64,000 bases of DNA from Octopus vulgaris (lineage: Eukaryota), in assembly GCA_951406725.2 (NCBI GenBank), contig OX597814.1:201748001-201812000 (forward strand), read 5' to 3'. Numbering within the stretch: position 1 is the stretch's first letter; each line of letters opens with the position of its first letter. The notes beneath the pieces were generated by a model. That model saw only the letters and a list, made by a program, of their open reading frames with translations. It made no database searches and was not told the DNA's origin. The position numbers were made by a program, and so were the translations under genes. Of this stretch, positions 1 to 12,195 are shown one piece after another.

Positions 1-82
1 CCAGGCTCCAGTCTGATCTGGCAGTGTTTCTACAGCTGGATACCCTTCCTAACGCTAACCACTCCTTGAGTGTAGTGGGTGC
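1..82 (-). mobile_element. Fragment of the RTE-like LINE 3' UTR repeat family
   Basis: Reverse complement of the recurring block gcacccactacactc...ggcgttaggaagggcatccagctgtagaaacactgccagatcagactggagcctgg, also at 1955-2102, 17035-17370, 34145-34660 and 45505-45977. Confidence 0.7.
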
Positions 83-253
83 TACCATTTTCCTCAACCG
101 CAACTGCTTAACTTCCCAAGCTAACCTGTCATATCTCTTGACTTTTCTTTCTTCCTTATCACATACCTTGTTGTCAGCTGGGCATGCTATATCTATGATC
201 CAGCATCGTTTTCTCTCTTTCTCAATTGAGATTGTGTCCAGCTTCATATTCTC
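83..253 (-). mobile_element. R4/Dong LINE endonuclease-domain fragment
   Basis: Minus strand reads CWIIDIACPADNKVCDKEERKVKRYDRLAWEVKQL (RLE motif). It is similar to 59449-59755 and abuts (TTA)n. Confidence 0.7.
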
Positions 254-299
<46 letters not shown>

Positions 300-305
<6 letters not shown>

Positions 306-390
306 CAGGTCACTGCCTGGAATCGAACTCGGAATTGTGAGGTTAGTAGACCGCGTACTTAACCACTATGTCATATGCCCGTAGGCATAT
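300..390 (-). mobile_element. tRNA-like head of the tRNA/(AAT)n/hammerhead element family
   Basis: Minus strand: atagtggttaagtacgcggtctactaacctc...gagttcgattccaggcagtgacctgaataat (A and B boxes). Same head at 15000-15078 and 43590-43745. Confidence 0.65.
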
Positions 391-785
391 ATTAGATGTT
401 ACCGATGTTGTACTAATTAACCCTTTTGTGACCATATTTCTGTTGAAATACATTGCACTTCTTTCATTTAGTTTTAAAATAAACGATAACTTTAGTAAAA
501 CAATGGCCATTATTAAACTGGTGCTTAAGGAGGTGAGCAGGCAGAATTGTTAGCATGCTGGGCAAAACGTCTTGTGGTGTTTCATCCATCCTTTATATTC
601 TGATCCCAAATTCTGCAAAGGCTGACTTTGCCTTGAATCCTTTTGGGGTTGACAAAAGAGTCTGATTGAATAAGTATGAGGCTTACAAAGAATAAATCCC
701 GGGGAGATTTGTTTGACTAAAGTCAGTGCTCCAGCATGGCCGCTGTCAAATGACTGAAACAAATAAAAGAATATAGTAGAAAGAA

Positions 786-1772
786 TTACTACCTCTTCAT
801 TAGCGAAGGTGGAGGTATTGTTTTTCAGTTGTGTTTGTTTGTTTATTTGCCCATGGATAAGATATCTCAAGAACTGGTGGATGGATTCAGATGAAACTTT
901 CAGGGATGTTTGGCCTTGTGACTGACATGAACTGATTAGATTTTGGGATCAATCCAGTACCGGACAAGGATTCTGGATTATTTGTTATCTTTACTTTACA
1001 TGATTACGATCTTATGTTGACTTTCAAGTCTTTCTCAATTATCTCCCTTTAGGTTGTTTCCACAGTTTTATTTTTGTTTCTCTATTATTAATTTTACTCG
1101 TGTCTCTATCTTAGTAGAAACTGAGGGATAAAGAAATCAAACCACACAAACAAATGGCAGCAAAACCGTTCAGAAAATAAATAATACTAACGTATTCAGT
1201 AACAATAATAAATTTAATTTATTCTCAACAGTTTTTAGTTTTACCAATTTTGAATATATTGCTCCTGTTTAAAACCTCTTACCTACTTGACAATTGCATT
1301 TCTAGCTCTGCCTTGAAGGAAGCTTTACTTCTTGGACTCGCGTTTTTGTGCACAACAATGTTGTTAAACCTTCGTTAATCGCATTGTAAGTAGGTCCTCT
1401 CTGTTTTCTTTCATGCATGGATAAATTTTTTCACTATAGACCTTGATGGTCCTAGAGACACTATATCAGTGAATAGACTAAAAGAGGCCTTCATAGAGAA
1501 CATTGTCCCTGTTCTTGCTGCAGACAACACACGCACAGCATTACAAACAAAGCCTTCACACCCACCTTCACATTCCATGACAACCATTGGGATTAATCAG
1601 GTACCAGTCAAGGATTCTGGATTATTTTTTCAGTTTCATTTTTAGTATTCTCATTTGTAAGAGCAGTCGAGTTTATTTCAGATATTCTCATTTTAAAAAT
1701 CATCTCTGGTTAATCTTTGAAAGGAAGTTGGTGTTGCTTTGGTGGAGGTTTGCACTCTCTGAGTGCTCTTGT
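786..1772 (+). mobile_element. Helentron/HINE-like non-autonomous element, interrupted by an insertion (~985-1586)
   Basis: 5' tacctc...gaaggtggaggtattgtttt and 3' ttggtggaggtttgcactctctgagtgctcttgtt (subterminal IR plus hairpin). A ~40 bp segment is duplicated at ~943-984 and ~1587-1627. Confidence 0.5.
1420..1505 (+). mobile_element. Possible Gypsy integrase C-terminal relic
   Basis: Translates FTIDLDGPRDTISVNRLKEAF, resembling the 'D.VS.DRLKPA' integrase tail. Confidence 0.35.
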
Positions 1773-1952
<180 letters not shown>

Positions 1953-2207
1953 AGCTGCCTTGACTGGCTTCTCTGCTGGTGGCACGTAAAAAGCACCAAC
2001 CGATTGTGGCCATTACCAGCCTCCTCTGGCTCCTGTGCCACTGGCACATAAAAAGCACCCACTACACTCACAGAGTGGTTGGCGTTAGGAAGGGCATCCA
2101 GCTTTTTCTATTTTTATAACCATTTTTTTGTCTATTTTTAGAAAAATTCCTGTGAGATATTTATTTACTATCCATCTCATGTCAGCATGGAACTGGGACA
2201 TTAACAT

Positions 2208-2650
2208 GTGATGATGATAAAGGTAAGGATGATGAGGATGAGGACGATGACGATGATGACGGCATTGATAACAACGACAGTGACCACGGCAACAACAGTG
2301 ATGACAATGGCAACGATGATGATGATGAGGCGGAGGAGGAGGAAGATGACGATGATGATGATGATGATGATGATGATGATAATGATGATGACAATGATGA
2401 TGGTGATGATGATGATGATGATGATGACAATGATGATGCTGCTGCTGATGATGATGATGATAGTGATGATGATTGTAGTGGTGGTGGTGGTGGTGGTGGT
2501 GGTGGTGATGATGATGGTGGCAGTGATGATGATAATGATGATGATGATGATGATGATGATTATGATGGTGATGATGACGGTGATGATGATGATGGTGGTG
2601 GTGATGATGGTAATGATGATGATGATGATGAGGCTAAAGATGATGATGAT
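2208..2650. repeat. (GAT)n/(GGT)n low-complexity tract
   Basis: Seen directly. Similar tracts at 9330-9685, 21090-21775, 25270-25620 and 27295-27670. Confidence 0.9.
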
Positions 2651-3054
2651 GGCCTGTCTATGAGATCAATATCTGATTTATTATCGGTTACAATTCTGCT
2701 AATGTCGATGAGATTATGTCATCAGATGATTTATCCACCAAGATTGGATGCAGGTCTCTGTTATACGATTCTGCAATCTTTTACGACTAACATGTTTAGT
2801 TCATGATCCTCTCCAGCCAGGCCATTGTTTGGTCAGTTTACAAATTGTTTCGTTTAACCCTTCAGCATTCAAATTACTTCGTCAAATGTATTGCTTATTC
2901 ATTCAAATTGTTTTGAATTAATTATGTATTATCTTTCTAGCTTCAAGATTTCAGTGGTTTGATTGTTTCATTTCAGAATGGCATTGCAGAATAGGTGTGA
3001 GAAGCCAGATCTGGTTGGTTTGAACATTTTTGTATTAGAATATATTAGAATATA

Positions 3055-3510
3055 TTTCTTTATTGCCCACAGGGGGATAAACACAGAGGGGACAAACAAG
3101 GACAGACAAAGAGATTAAGTCGATTATATCGACCCCAGTGCGTAACTGGTACTTATTTAATTGACCCTGAAAGGATGAAAGCCGAAGTCAACCTTGGCAG
3201 AATTTGAACTCAGAATGTAGCAGCTGACAAAATACCGCTAAGCATTTCGGCCGGTATGCTAACAATTCTGCTAGCTCTCTGCCCTCTGCCATATACATAT
3301 AGTTATATTTGTTTCTTTATTGCCCCCAGAGGCTAAACATAGAGGGGACAAACAAGGAAAGATGAAGTGTGTAACAAGTACTTATTTAATCAACCCTGAA
3401 AGGATGAAAGGCAAAGTTGACCTCGGCAGAATTTGAACTCAGAACATAAAAACAGATGAAATACTGCATTTCACCCAATGTGCTAACAATTCTACCAGGT
3501 CACCGCCTTC
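3055..3510 (-). mobile_element. Two adjacent tRNA-derived SINEs with a Meta-like central domain
   Basis: Minus strand has gagttcaaattc (B box) followed by ctttcatcctttcaggggtc...aaataagtac and the ttgtcccctctgtgttta tail. Confidence 0.8.
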
Positions 3511-3740
3511 ATTAAAATATTTACACCAGATCTGCTACAGGGTTGGAGCAGGGCATCCCGGCTTCTCTCCTACCCAATGCGCTCATTTGTTTCAATTTAC
3601 TGGATCAGATACTTGTACTTTTTTATTTTATCTTTTAGCTTCTACTTATTTCAGTCATTGGACTGCAGCCATGCTGGGCCACTGCCTTGAAAAGTCAAAC
3701 AAATCAACCCCATTAGCTATATATATATATAGAGAGAGAG

Positions 3741-4214
3741 AGTAGTTTTATACTGTCAACTTAATTTGACAGTCCCATGAAGGGAATCACACTACTGCTA
3801 TTTAGCCCTAGGAAGCAGCAAGGCTTCCTGTTGGCCTTGACACATTTCCTGTGTCCTTATGTTTACAAGGGGGAGATAAGCACCTCCACCCAGCTAAGCC
3901 TGCATTCAGAGACTAGTTTCTGAGTCTTTGCTCGTCATCAGTCTGGAGTAGCATGGCCTGCTAGTTGGAGATACTTATCTAGCTCTTGTAAACATATAAG
4001 AATTCTAGTGAAATAAATCCACTGATTACAAAAATAGAAATATTACATTTCTAAATATCTCAGAGAGATATAAGCAGTAGTGGTATGATGAAGTAGTTGT
4101 ATACTGTCAACTTAATGTGACAGTCCCATGAAGGGAATCACACCACCACTATTTAACCCTAGGAAGTAGCAACGCTTCCTGTCGGCCTCTCTGTGATATT
4201 TAGAAATGTAATAT
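3741..4214 (-). mobile_element. Small hammerhead-bearing element with terminal direct repeats (351-bp period)
   Basis: ~97 bp direct repeats at 3741-3837 and 4092-4188, a long hairpin at 3856-4000 with a hammerhead at its tip, an IR at 4040-4067/4187-4214, and (TA)n(GA)n on the left. Confidence 0.75.
3907..3945 (-). ncRNA. Type I minimal hammerhead ribozyme
   Basis: Minus strand: CAGA-CUGAUGA-cGAGcaaagaCUCa-GAAA-CUAG-UC|UCUG. Core complete, palindromic stem III, GUC site. Confidence 0.8.
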
Positions 4215-4526
4215 AAAGATTCGTCAAGGAATGATTTCTCAGTAGAAGACAGGACTTGTTCTATTATCTACCCCAGATGCTGGTAGTGAAATAATCTGAG
4301 AAATTACCTGTAACATTTCTTATTCATAACTGCAGGTATAACAGGAATAAAAAAAAACATGCTGAAATGTGGGCCAAAAGAACCTGAACATTTCTTGGTA
4401 CCATTAATACTGCTTAACAACACAAAAGGGATGGGAAACCGTCTGACTGACAAAATCCTTATTATTTCTATTCAACAGCTGATGTGGTGTATGTCCAATG
4501 GTGCAATCTCAGTGTTAAATAATAAC

Positions 4527-4681
4527 TGGCTGTGTGGTAAGTAGCTTGCTAACAAACCACATGGTTCCGGGTTCAGCCCCACTGCATGGCATCTTGGGCA
4601 AGTGTCTTCTGCTATAGCCCCGGGCCGACCAATGCCTTGTGAGTGGATTTGGTAGACGGAAACTGAAAGAAGCCTGTCGTA

Positions 4682-4724
<43 letters not shown>

Positions 4725-4925
4725 TTGCGTGTCTGTGTTTGTCCCCTTAGCATTGCTTGACAACCGATGCTGGTGTGTTTACGTCCCCGTAACTTAGCGG
4801 TTCGGCAAAAAGAGACCGATAGAATAAGTACTGGGCTTACAAAGAATAAGTCCCGGGGTCGAGTTGCTCGATTAAAGGCGGTGCTCCAGCATGGCCGCAG
4901 TCAAATGACTGAAACAAGTAAAAAC
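4527..4925 (+). mobile_element. tRNA-derived CORE-type SINE (octopus OR2-like), full length
   Basis: tggctgtgtggtaag (A box), gggttcagccc (B box), cttgggcaagt CORE motif, internal (TA)/(TG) tract and a gcagtcaaatgactgaaacaagtaaaa tail. Confidence 0.8.
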
Positions 4926-5903
4926 AAAAACAAAACAAACATCTTATTCTTCATTCTGAGCAGTTCAAGTACAAAACCAATATAGCTTGAGCAGCAGAAA
5001 ATAAATGTAGATGCGGCCTTTTGTATGTGGATTTAGAGAAGTGAGTTTCAATTAAATTTATTGGTTCTTCAATAACTTTTACAGAAAATTGTAATAATAT
5101 TTTTAGATTTTTAGCTTTGTTACATCTATTCTGTATTGCAGAAAGCTAGCGAGGGCAAAATACAATTTTAGATGTTGCAGAAATAATCTCTATTTTAAGA
5201 ATATTGCATTATAGGCGTTGATTGAAGACGACATTCTTCTCTAACTCTATGGTGAAATTATCAGGAAAGAGTATTGATATCAGAGAAAAAAAAAACCCCA
5301 TCGATTGCAAAATTTAGATAAAGGTTCAATACTAGAAAGTCACAGAGTAAATAAATATCTAAATTCTATCTTGAAAAACTGAAATTTGTCAAAGAAATGT
5401 TTATATCGTAAATAATAAATAAGCAAGTATTTTATATTTGCTTTCAAATCTCAGATTGATCTCTTTTTTCGTTTTTTTTGCAAGAATTATTTTCTCTTTG
5501 ATATATTTAAATATTCTTTTTAGATTTCTTTCATTTATTTATTGATTATCATTTATTGATTGATTATCCATTTTTTTTTTTATCATTATTATGCGTTTTT
5601 CTTCTTCCTTCAATTTTGTTCCCATTTCTTGCAGATTATCTTCCCAACACCTAGGGCATTGAAACTCATGATATAAATTGATAGGCTATTAAAATAAACA
5701 CACCTGATCGTTCATTTACAAAATTAAATGAAGCTTACATGGCTTGTAATCGTTCTCACAGCCTCAATGCTTTTCTCAATACATGTGATGTACCAGTTAA
5801 AACAATCTTTTGCACTTCTTGTATGGATGATAAGCCAGAGATCATTCTCAAATGATTTTCAGTTCATTTCTTTTATCATTCCTAGTGCTCCTACAACCAC
5901 TGA

Positions 5904-5969
<66 letters not shown>

Positions 5970-5972
<3 letters not shown>

Positions 5973-6090
5973 GTTTTTTCCTTCTTTCTTCAAATTTTCT
6001 TCCGTTTCTCACCAAGTGTTTTCCATACACCTAGGGCAGAAAAGGGCATCATATGCATTCCCAGATTACACGCGCAAATTCACAGATAAA
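5970..6090 (-). mobile_element. Short (TAA)n-associated repeat, possibly a Dong 3' UTR
   Basis: Closely similar to 39726-39840 and related to 5595-5665. All three lie next to (TTA)n. Confidence 0.5.
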
Positions 6091-6182
6091 ATACGTATTT
6101 AAAAATTAATAAATAAATTCATGGATGGATGTTATTTTCACAGCGATAGTGCTCTTCTCAGTACATGAGCCGTTCCAGTTAA

Positions 6183-6281
<99 letters not shown>

Positions 6282-6966
6282 GTTATTATTATTATTATTA
6301 TTATCATTATTATTATTATTATTATATGGCATGTATTTACAGAATTTATAACAAAAGAAGAACTGGATGGCTTCTAAATATAGAATAGAACATTGGGCAG
6401 CCTTAATGAGAAAAGAAATGTCCAAATCAGGATTGGTTAAACATCTGGTGTGAAAAAGGAAATCATCAAGTGCTATGGAATGAAATTTCCATAATTGGTA
6501 GAGAACCACAGAGGGTACTTAGAAAAATTTCAAAGCAAAACTAAATATAATGCTAACTTTACACCCCAATTAGTAAGTCTAGTATTAAAATTAACTCAAA
6601 TGGTTGCCTTTAATGAAAGATTAATATTACAGTGTGACTAACAAGTTCAGGTTGCAACAACCTGGTTTCAAGTTCAGACCCATTGCACAGCAACTTGGCC
6701 AAGTGTCTTCTACTATACTCAAGGCCAACCAATGCAGTGTGAATGGATTTGGTAAACAGAAACTGTGTGGAAGCCTGTCATATATATATATGTATTTATG
6801 TATATATAAGTACTTGCATGAAACTTTTGTCTATTTTTTTAGACAAATATTACCCTGATGAGATTCATATACATAAATGTGATTTTTTAAATAAACTCAC
6901 TACTGGATATGAATCAAACAAACTGAAGTATATATATTTGTTTTCATTATTTGTTATATTATATTA

Positions 6967-8509
6967 CTAGCAGAGATGCCCAGCGTTGCTCAGGATTAAA
7001 CTGGCATAGTTTGTATATAACATATTATAGCTATGTTGAAACAGGCGATATGGGAAAGTGCAGCATTGACAATAAAACATTTGTGGAGTAAATGATGGGC
7101 TAATTCGACTAAGCAACATGCTATGCGTCCGTTTGGAGTATTTCAGGCCCTAACCTGTCATGAAAAATTGGAGGTGGGGGTTATGTGATTTTTGAGCTGT
7201 CAGTGGATATACTTTCTTTTGCAGCTGTCGGCGCTGTGTCTAACACGACCCATCATCTGAAATGTTGACACCTCCTTCGAGTTTGTTGTCCTACATCACT
7301 CATAAAATAAATTTGGGGGAACTGTGGTTATTCATTTGTGGGTAACAGGAACCCAATGAGGTGATAGACTTACTCTTGAACTTTGACGTCGTCATAAATT
7401 CATGTTTAACTATCTTCTTAGATGCACCAAACGATGTCATTTGAAATGCAGAGTTGTATTGTCTGATATTGTTCAGGAAATCCTTTGACTGGATGGAAGT
7501 GCCTTCCAGAAGATCCATAAGGGGTTGAGAAGGAGCTGGTAGTGCTGGCAATTTTACCTGACAGCCTGAGAAGCACATGCCATGTGTTTCATTTGAAAAT
7601 TTTAAAGTTCTACAGTCACGACAATTTGTGTTTAGCACACCAATTTGGACAGAGTTATTATCTTTATAAGAATGGGATGGATCATATATGGAAACAACTC
7701 CAGGTGTTGTGAAGAGCGAATTTGTACGTAGTCTGTTTCTAAGAGCTATTCTATTGGACCTCTGTCTAATCATTAAAACATCGATTTAATGATCCAGCAT
7801 TAAGTGCTGCAGCATGTATTTGCTGATCTTGGGCAAGTCTCATCTCCCTTCCCTCTTGAGACTCTGTCTGACGTGCTGCAGCATCCCTTTGCTGATCTTG
7901 AGAAAATCTCATCTCGCTTCTCTCTTCAGACTCTCGCCTTTGGTTTTCTACAATCCTTCTTGCTTTATACTTGTTTCTGGAGAGATTACGTCTTTTCTTT
8001 GGTGGCATATATTTCCCAATATTGTAAACAACACATTATGAACATAGAAAGAAATTATACATTATTCCCTATTTTAGTAAGCAGTTGTATGTATGTAGTG
8101 TGTTTTTATTTTTGTATGCAGTATAAATTAACCAAATAGAAGCACTTGTATGAAATGCTAATTTGACAGTAAATGGCACAAAAATTATTATTGATAAATT
8201 TCTTAATATATATATATAATTGTTAATTTAAGGGTAAATATGTAACTGTAAATACCTGGCAACCTTGCAACTGCTGCGATAATTAACTGGTAATTGAACG
8301 GTAAATGTGTATTTTTATATACCTTGCACCTGCCACTTCATTGTTTTTTGTCAAGAGTTTCACCTCCAGCTGTTCGTTATGTCTTGCAACACATATACAC
8401 TGACACACCATTCTGCTGTGGTGGCCATAAAGACAAAGTTGCCGATGTGTAATGTGGTTTACATTAGGATGTAAATTATTCATTTATTTCAAATATAATA
8501 GAAAAAAGA
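6967..8509 (-). mobile_element. Internally deleted Helitron with a relic of the RepHel N-terminus
   Basis: Minus strand ends in a hairpin (cctgagcaacgctggg) then CTAG|T at 6967, with a plausible A|TC 5' end near 8509. ORFs 7766-8008 and 7300-7773 encode CRDC..KF..ET.GMC and FLNNIRQYNSAFQMTSFGA, typical of Helitron RepHel. Confidence 0.85.
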
Positions 8510-9072
8510 TGATCTTAGTGTTATCAAAATAAAATTAAAACTGAAAGAATAAAAGTGAAACAATATCATAGGGAAACTCAATTTTCAAATGCATAAGGAA
8601 TATATGCGCGCGCGCACACATACAACAAGTGGGTTGGTGGGTAAGACTATTATAATCCTTAGTTCCTACTTTAGAAGTAGTTTCTGGTTCAAATCTATTT
8701 TTGGGAGTATAAACACATCCAGGAATCAAAATACATTGTTTGTAAGCATATACTCCATCATATTCTTTTATACTTTATCCACTTGGTACTTGCATGGATC
8801 CGTGTCAGTCGCTACCCCTTTTAACCTGACTCCCACTCAGTCAAGCAGCTTTTTTCTTCTCTTTGTCTTGGTAACTACTTGGCAACCTCATTAGTGCTGG
8901 TGCCACAAGAAAAAAGAAAAGCAGCCAATGCATGGTAAAGTGGTTGGCATTGGGAAGGGCATCCAGCAGTAGAAACCATGCCAAAGTAGATATTGGAGCC
9001 GCAACCTCTGAGGAACTGTCAAACTGTCAAATCCATCTAACCCATGCTAGGAAGGAAGGCAGGTGGTAAATA

Positions 9073-9310
9073 AGACGGTGAGCTGGCAGACACGTTAGCA
9101 CACCGGGCGAAATGCTTAGCGGTATTTCGTCTGCCGTTACGTTCTGAGTTCAAATTCCGCCGAGGTTGACTTTGCCTTTCATCCTTTTGGGGATCGATAA
9201 ATTAAGTACCAGTTACGCACTGGGGTTGATGGAATCGACTTAATCCGTTTGTCTGTCCTTGTTTTTTCCCTCTGTGTTTAGCCACTTGTGGGTAGTAAAG
9301 AAATAGAAAT
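9073..9310 (+). mobile_element. Meta-like tRNA SINE with TSD
   Basis: Full copy, with direct repeat aggtggtaaat at 9061-9071 and 9311-9321. Confidence 0.85.
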
Positions 9311-9929
9311 AGGTGGTAAATGAGGGCAAAAATGAGGATGATGATAGTGATGATGATGATGAGTATGATGATGATGATGTAGATGATGATCATGATGATG
9401 TAAATGATGATGATGATGATGAAGATGATGATGACGATGATGTTGATGACGACGATGATGATGATGATGAGGATGAGGATGAGGATGATTATGATGATGA
9501 TGATGATGATGACGATGAGGATGAGGATAACGATGATGATGATGATGATGATGATGATGACAATGATGATGAGGAGGAGGAGGAGGAGGATGATGATGAT
9601 GATGACGATGAGGATGATGATGATGATGTAGGTGATGATGAGAATGATGATGACGATGATGATGATGATGATGATGATGATGAAGATGCTGCAACTACTG
9701 CTGCTGCTAATTATGATTCTAACAATGAGGCCAAAATTTCAAACATTTACGAAGTGGAGGGGGGGGCTACCACAACGATGGTTCCTTATCACCTTCTGGT
9801 CGAATGACAGTCGTTCTGAGCATTCAAGTGACAAATTTTCATACTGAAGGACATGTTAGTTGATGGAGATGTTCTTGTGAAGCTGGTTAACAGAAAATCA
9901 AGCTGTTACTGATGGTCAAAACACTTTGA

Positions 9930-10023
9930 AGAGATGGAGAGAGAAGAAAGAGAGAAGGGAAAGAGAGAAGGAGAGAGAGTAAGAGAGAGCGAGAGAGAGA
10001 GAGAAGAGAGAGAGAAGGGAAAG

Positions 10024-10054
<31 letters not shown>

Positions 10055-10455
10055 TGGGAAGGAGTATAGCTCAGTGGTTAGGATGTTGCACTCATTAGTG
10101 TCAGATCGTGCTTTCAATTCCTAGACCGAGCAGTGTATTGTGTTATTGTGTAAGACACTCTGTTTCACATTGCTGCAGTCCACTCAGCTGTAAACGTGTT
10201 CCAACAACAACTGGGAAGTTAACCCTGAGATGGACTAGCACACTGTGGGACCAGGATGAAGCTCCTGTTTTATGAGTGTTGGAGCTCATGACACACCTAA
10301 GAGAGAGAGAGAGAGAAAGAGAAAGAGAGAAAAATATAGAGAATGAGAGAAAAAGAAAAAGAGAGAGAGATGGGGAGAGAGAGAGAAAGAGAGAGAGAAA
10401 TGGAGAGAATGAAAGAGAGAGAGATGGGGAGAGAGTGAGAAAAAGAGAGACAGAG

Positions 10456-10498
<43 letters not shown>

Positions 10499-10623
10499 TA
10501 GAGAGAATGAGAGAAAAAGAAAAAGAGAGAGAGAGATGGGGAGAGAGAGAAAGAGAAAGAGAAATGGAGAGAATGAAAGAGAAAGAGATGGGGAGAGAGT
10601 GAGAAAAAGAGAGACAGAGAAAG

Positions 10624-10695
<72 letters not shown>
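9930..10695. repeat. (GA)n-rich tracts flanking a tRNA-SINE relic (~10065-10290)
   Basis: Seen directly. The SINE head reads tagctcagtggttagg...ttcaattcctag. Confidence 0.8.
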
Positions 10696-10697
<2 letters not shown>

Positions 10698-11131
10698 GAA
10701 TGGCAAGAAGAGTACATATACTGAATACAATTCCCTTGAGATGGGTTGATGAGAAATAATATCTGTGGCTTGATTGACAGCAGAAAGTTTGAAACATTCT
10801 AAAATTATATATGCTCTTTTACTCTTTTACTTGTTTCAGTCATTTGACTATGACCATGCTGGAGCACTGCCTTTAGTCGAGCACATTGACCCCAGGACTT
10901 ATTCTTTGTAAGCCTAGTACTTATTCTAACGGTCACTTTTGCCGAACTGCTAAGTTACGATGCTGGTGTATTTACGTCCCCGTAATTTAGTGGTTCGGCA
11001 AAAGAGACTGATAGAATAAGTACTAGGCTTACAAAGAATAAGTCCTGGAATCGATTTGCTTGATTAAAGGTGGTGCTCCAGCATGGCTGCAGTCAACTAA
11101 CTGAAACAAATAAAAGAATATATATATATAG

Positions 11132-11181
<50 letters not shown>

Positions 11182-11449
11182 TTAATAAGGGTGAGAGAAT
11201 TAGATACTAATTTAATAGTATATCTATTCTACACCAAGTGGCCTAGTGCTCCGAGAAACCTGGATTATTATAATATTTTATAATATATTATAATATTTTT
11301 ACAAAATAAATATAAGAGAGTGGTCACTATATGGCTCACTCTAGCACCAGTTAATCCAAAAGGTTTCAACCACAAAAATACATGCTTCCCATGAAAGTCA
11401 GTACGATTGTTAGCTCACACGGACAGGGCAAATAAAAAATAACAAAATA

Positions 11450-11545
11450 CAGATTATTTTGGGACAATTGTTTCGCTATTAATGAATTAAATGTAATTTT
11501 ACTTACAATAAAATCCACTTGTAGCTCTTCAGCCAAAACTATCTG
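11450..11545 (-). ncRNA. Type I hammerhead ribozyme, copy 1
   Basis: Minus strand: UUUUGG-CUGAAGA-GCUA...UAGC-GAAA-CAAUUG-UC|CCAAAA. Predicted cut between 11463 and 11462. Confidence 0.9.
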
Positions 11546-11983
11546 GATGAAATCCACTCAATCACACGCCAGATTTTACCATAACGATAAATACGCGTGT
11601 GGTTCAATTGATTACATCCGACGTTATAATTCAAATGCCCCAACTAACAGCGCGCCAAACTTTCACGGAAAACAAATACAGCATTTAGAAATAAATGCAG
11701 CATAATTATAATTAATTAATAAGGGTGAGAGAATTAGATACTAATTTAATAGTATATCTATTCTACACCAAGTGGCCTAGTGCTCCGAGAAACCTGGATT
11801 ATTATAATATTTTATAATATATTATAATATTTTTACAAAATAAATATAAGAGAGTGGTCACTATATGGCTCACTCTAGCACCAGTTAATCCAAAAGGTTT
11901 CAACCACAAAAATACATGCTTCCCATGAAAGTCAGTACGATTGTTAGCTCACACGGACAGGGCAAATAAAAAATAACAAAATA

Positions 11984-12079
11984 CAGATTATTTTGGGACA
12001 ATTGTTTCGCTATTAATGAATTAAATGTAATTTTACTTACAATAAAATCCACTTGTAGCTCTTCAGCCAAAACTATCTG
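11984..12079 (-). ncRNA. Type I hammerhead ribozyme, copy 2
   Basis: Same sequence as 11450-11545, offset +534. Predicted cut between 11997 and 11996. Confidence 0.9.
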
Positions 12080-12101
12080 GATGAAATCCACTCAATCACA
12101 C

Positions 12102-12134
<33 letters not shown>

Positions 12135-12147
12135 TATAACATATTAT

Positions 12148-12189
<42 letters not shown>

Positions 12190-12195
<6 letters not shown>

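Larger units (their letters stand above)
11173..12101 (-). mobile_element. Retrozyme / non-autonomous Penelope-like element, 1.7 tandem units of 534 bp
   Basis: Direct repeats at 11173-11567 and 11707-12101 look identical, each contains a hammerhead, and (TA)n flanks both sides. Confidence 0.85.

Noticed and set aside
9313-9807. 164-aa poly-Asp ORF and similar poly-M/H/Y/I/T ORFs throughout the window
   Set aside because: These are translations of trinucleotide or dinucleotide microsatellites, with no domain or splice evidence.
10320-10630. ~165-bp higher-order duplication in the GA tract
   Set aside because: This is ordinary slippage or unequal exchange in low-complexity DNA.
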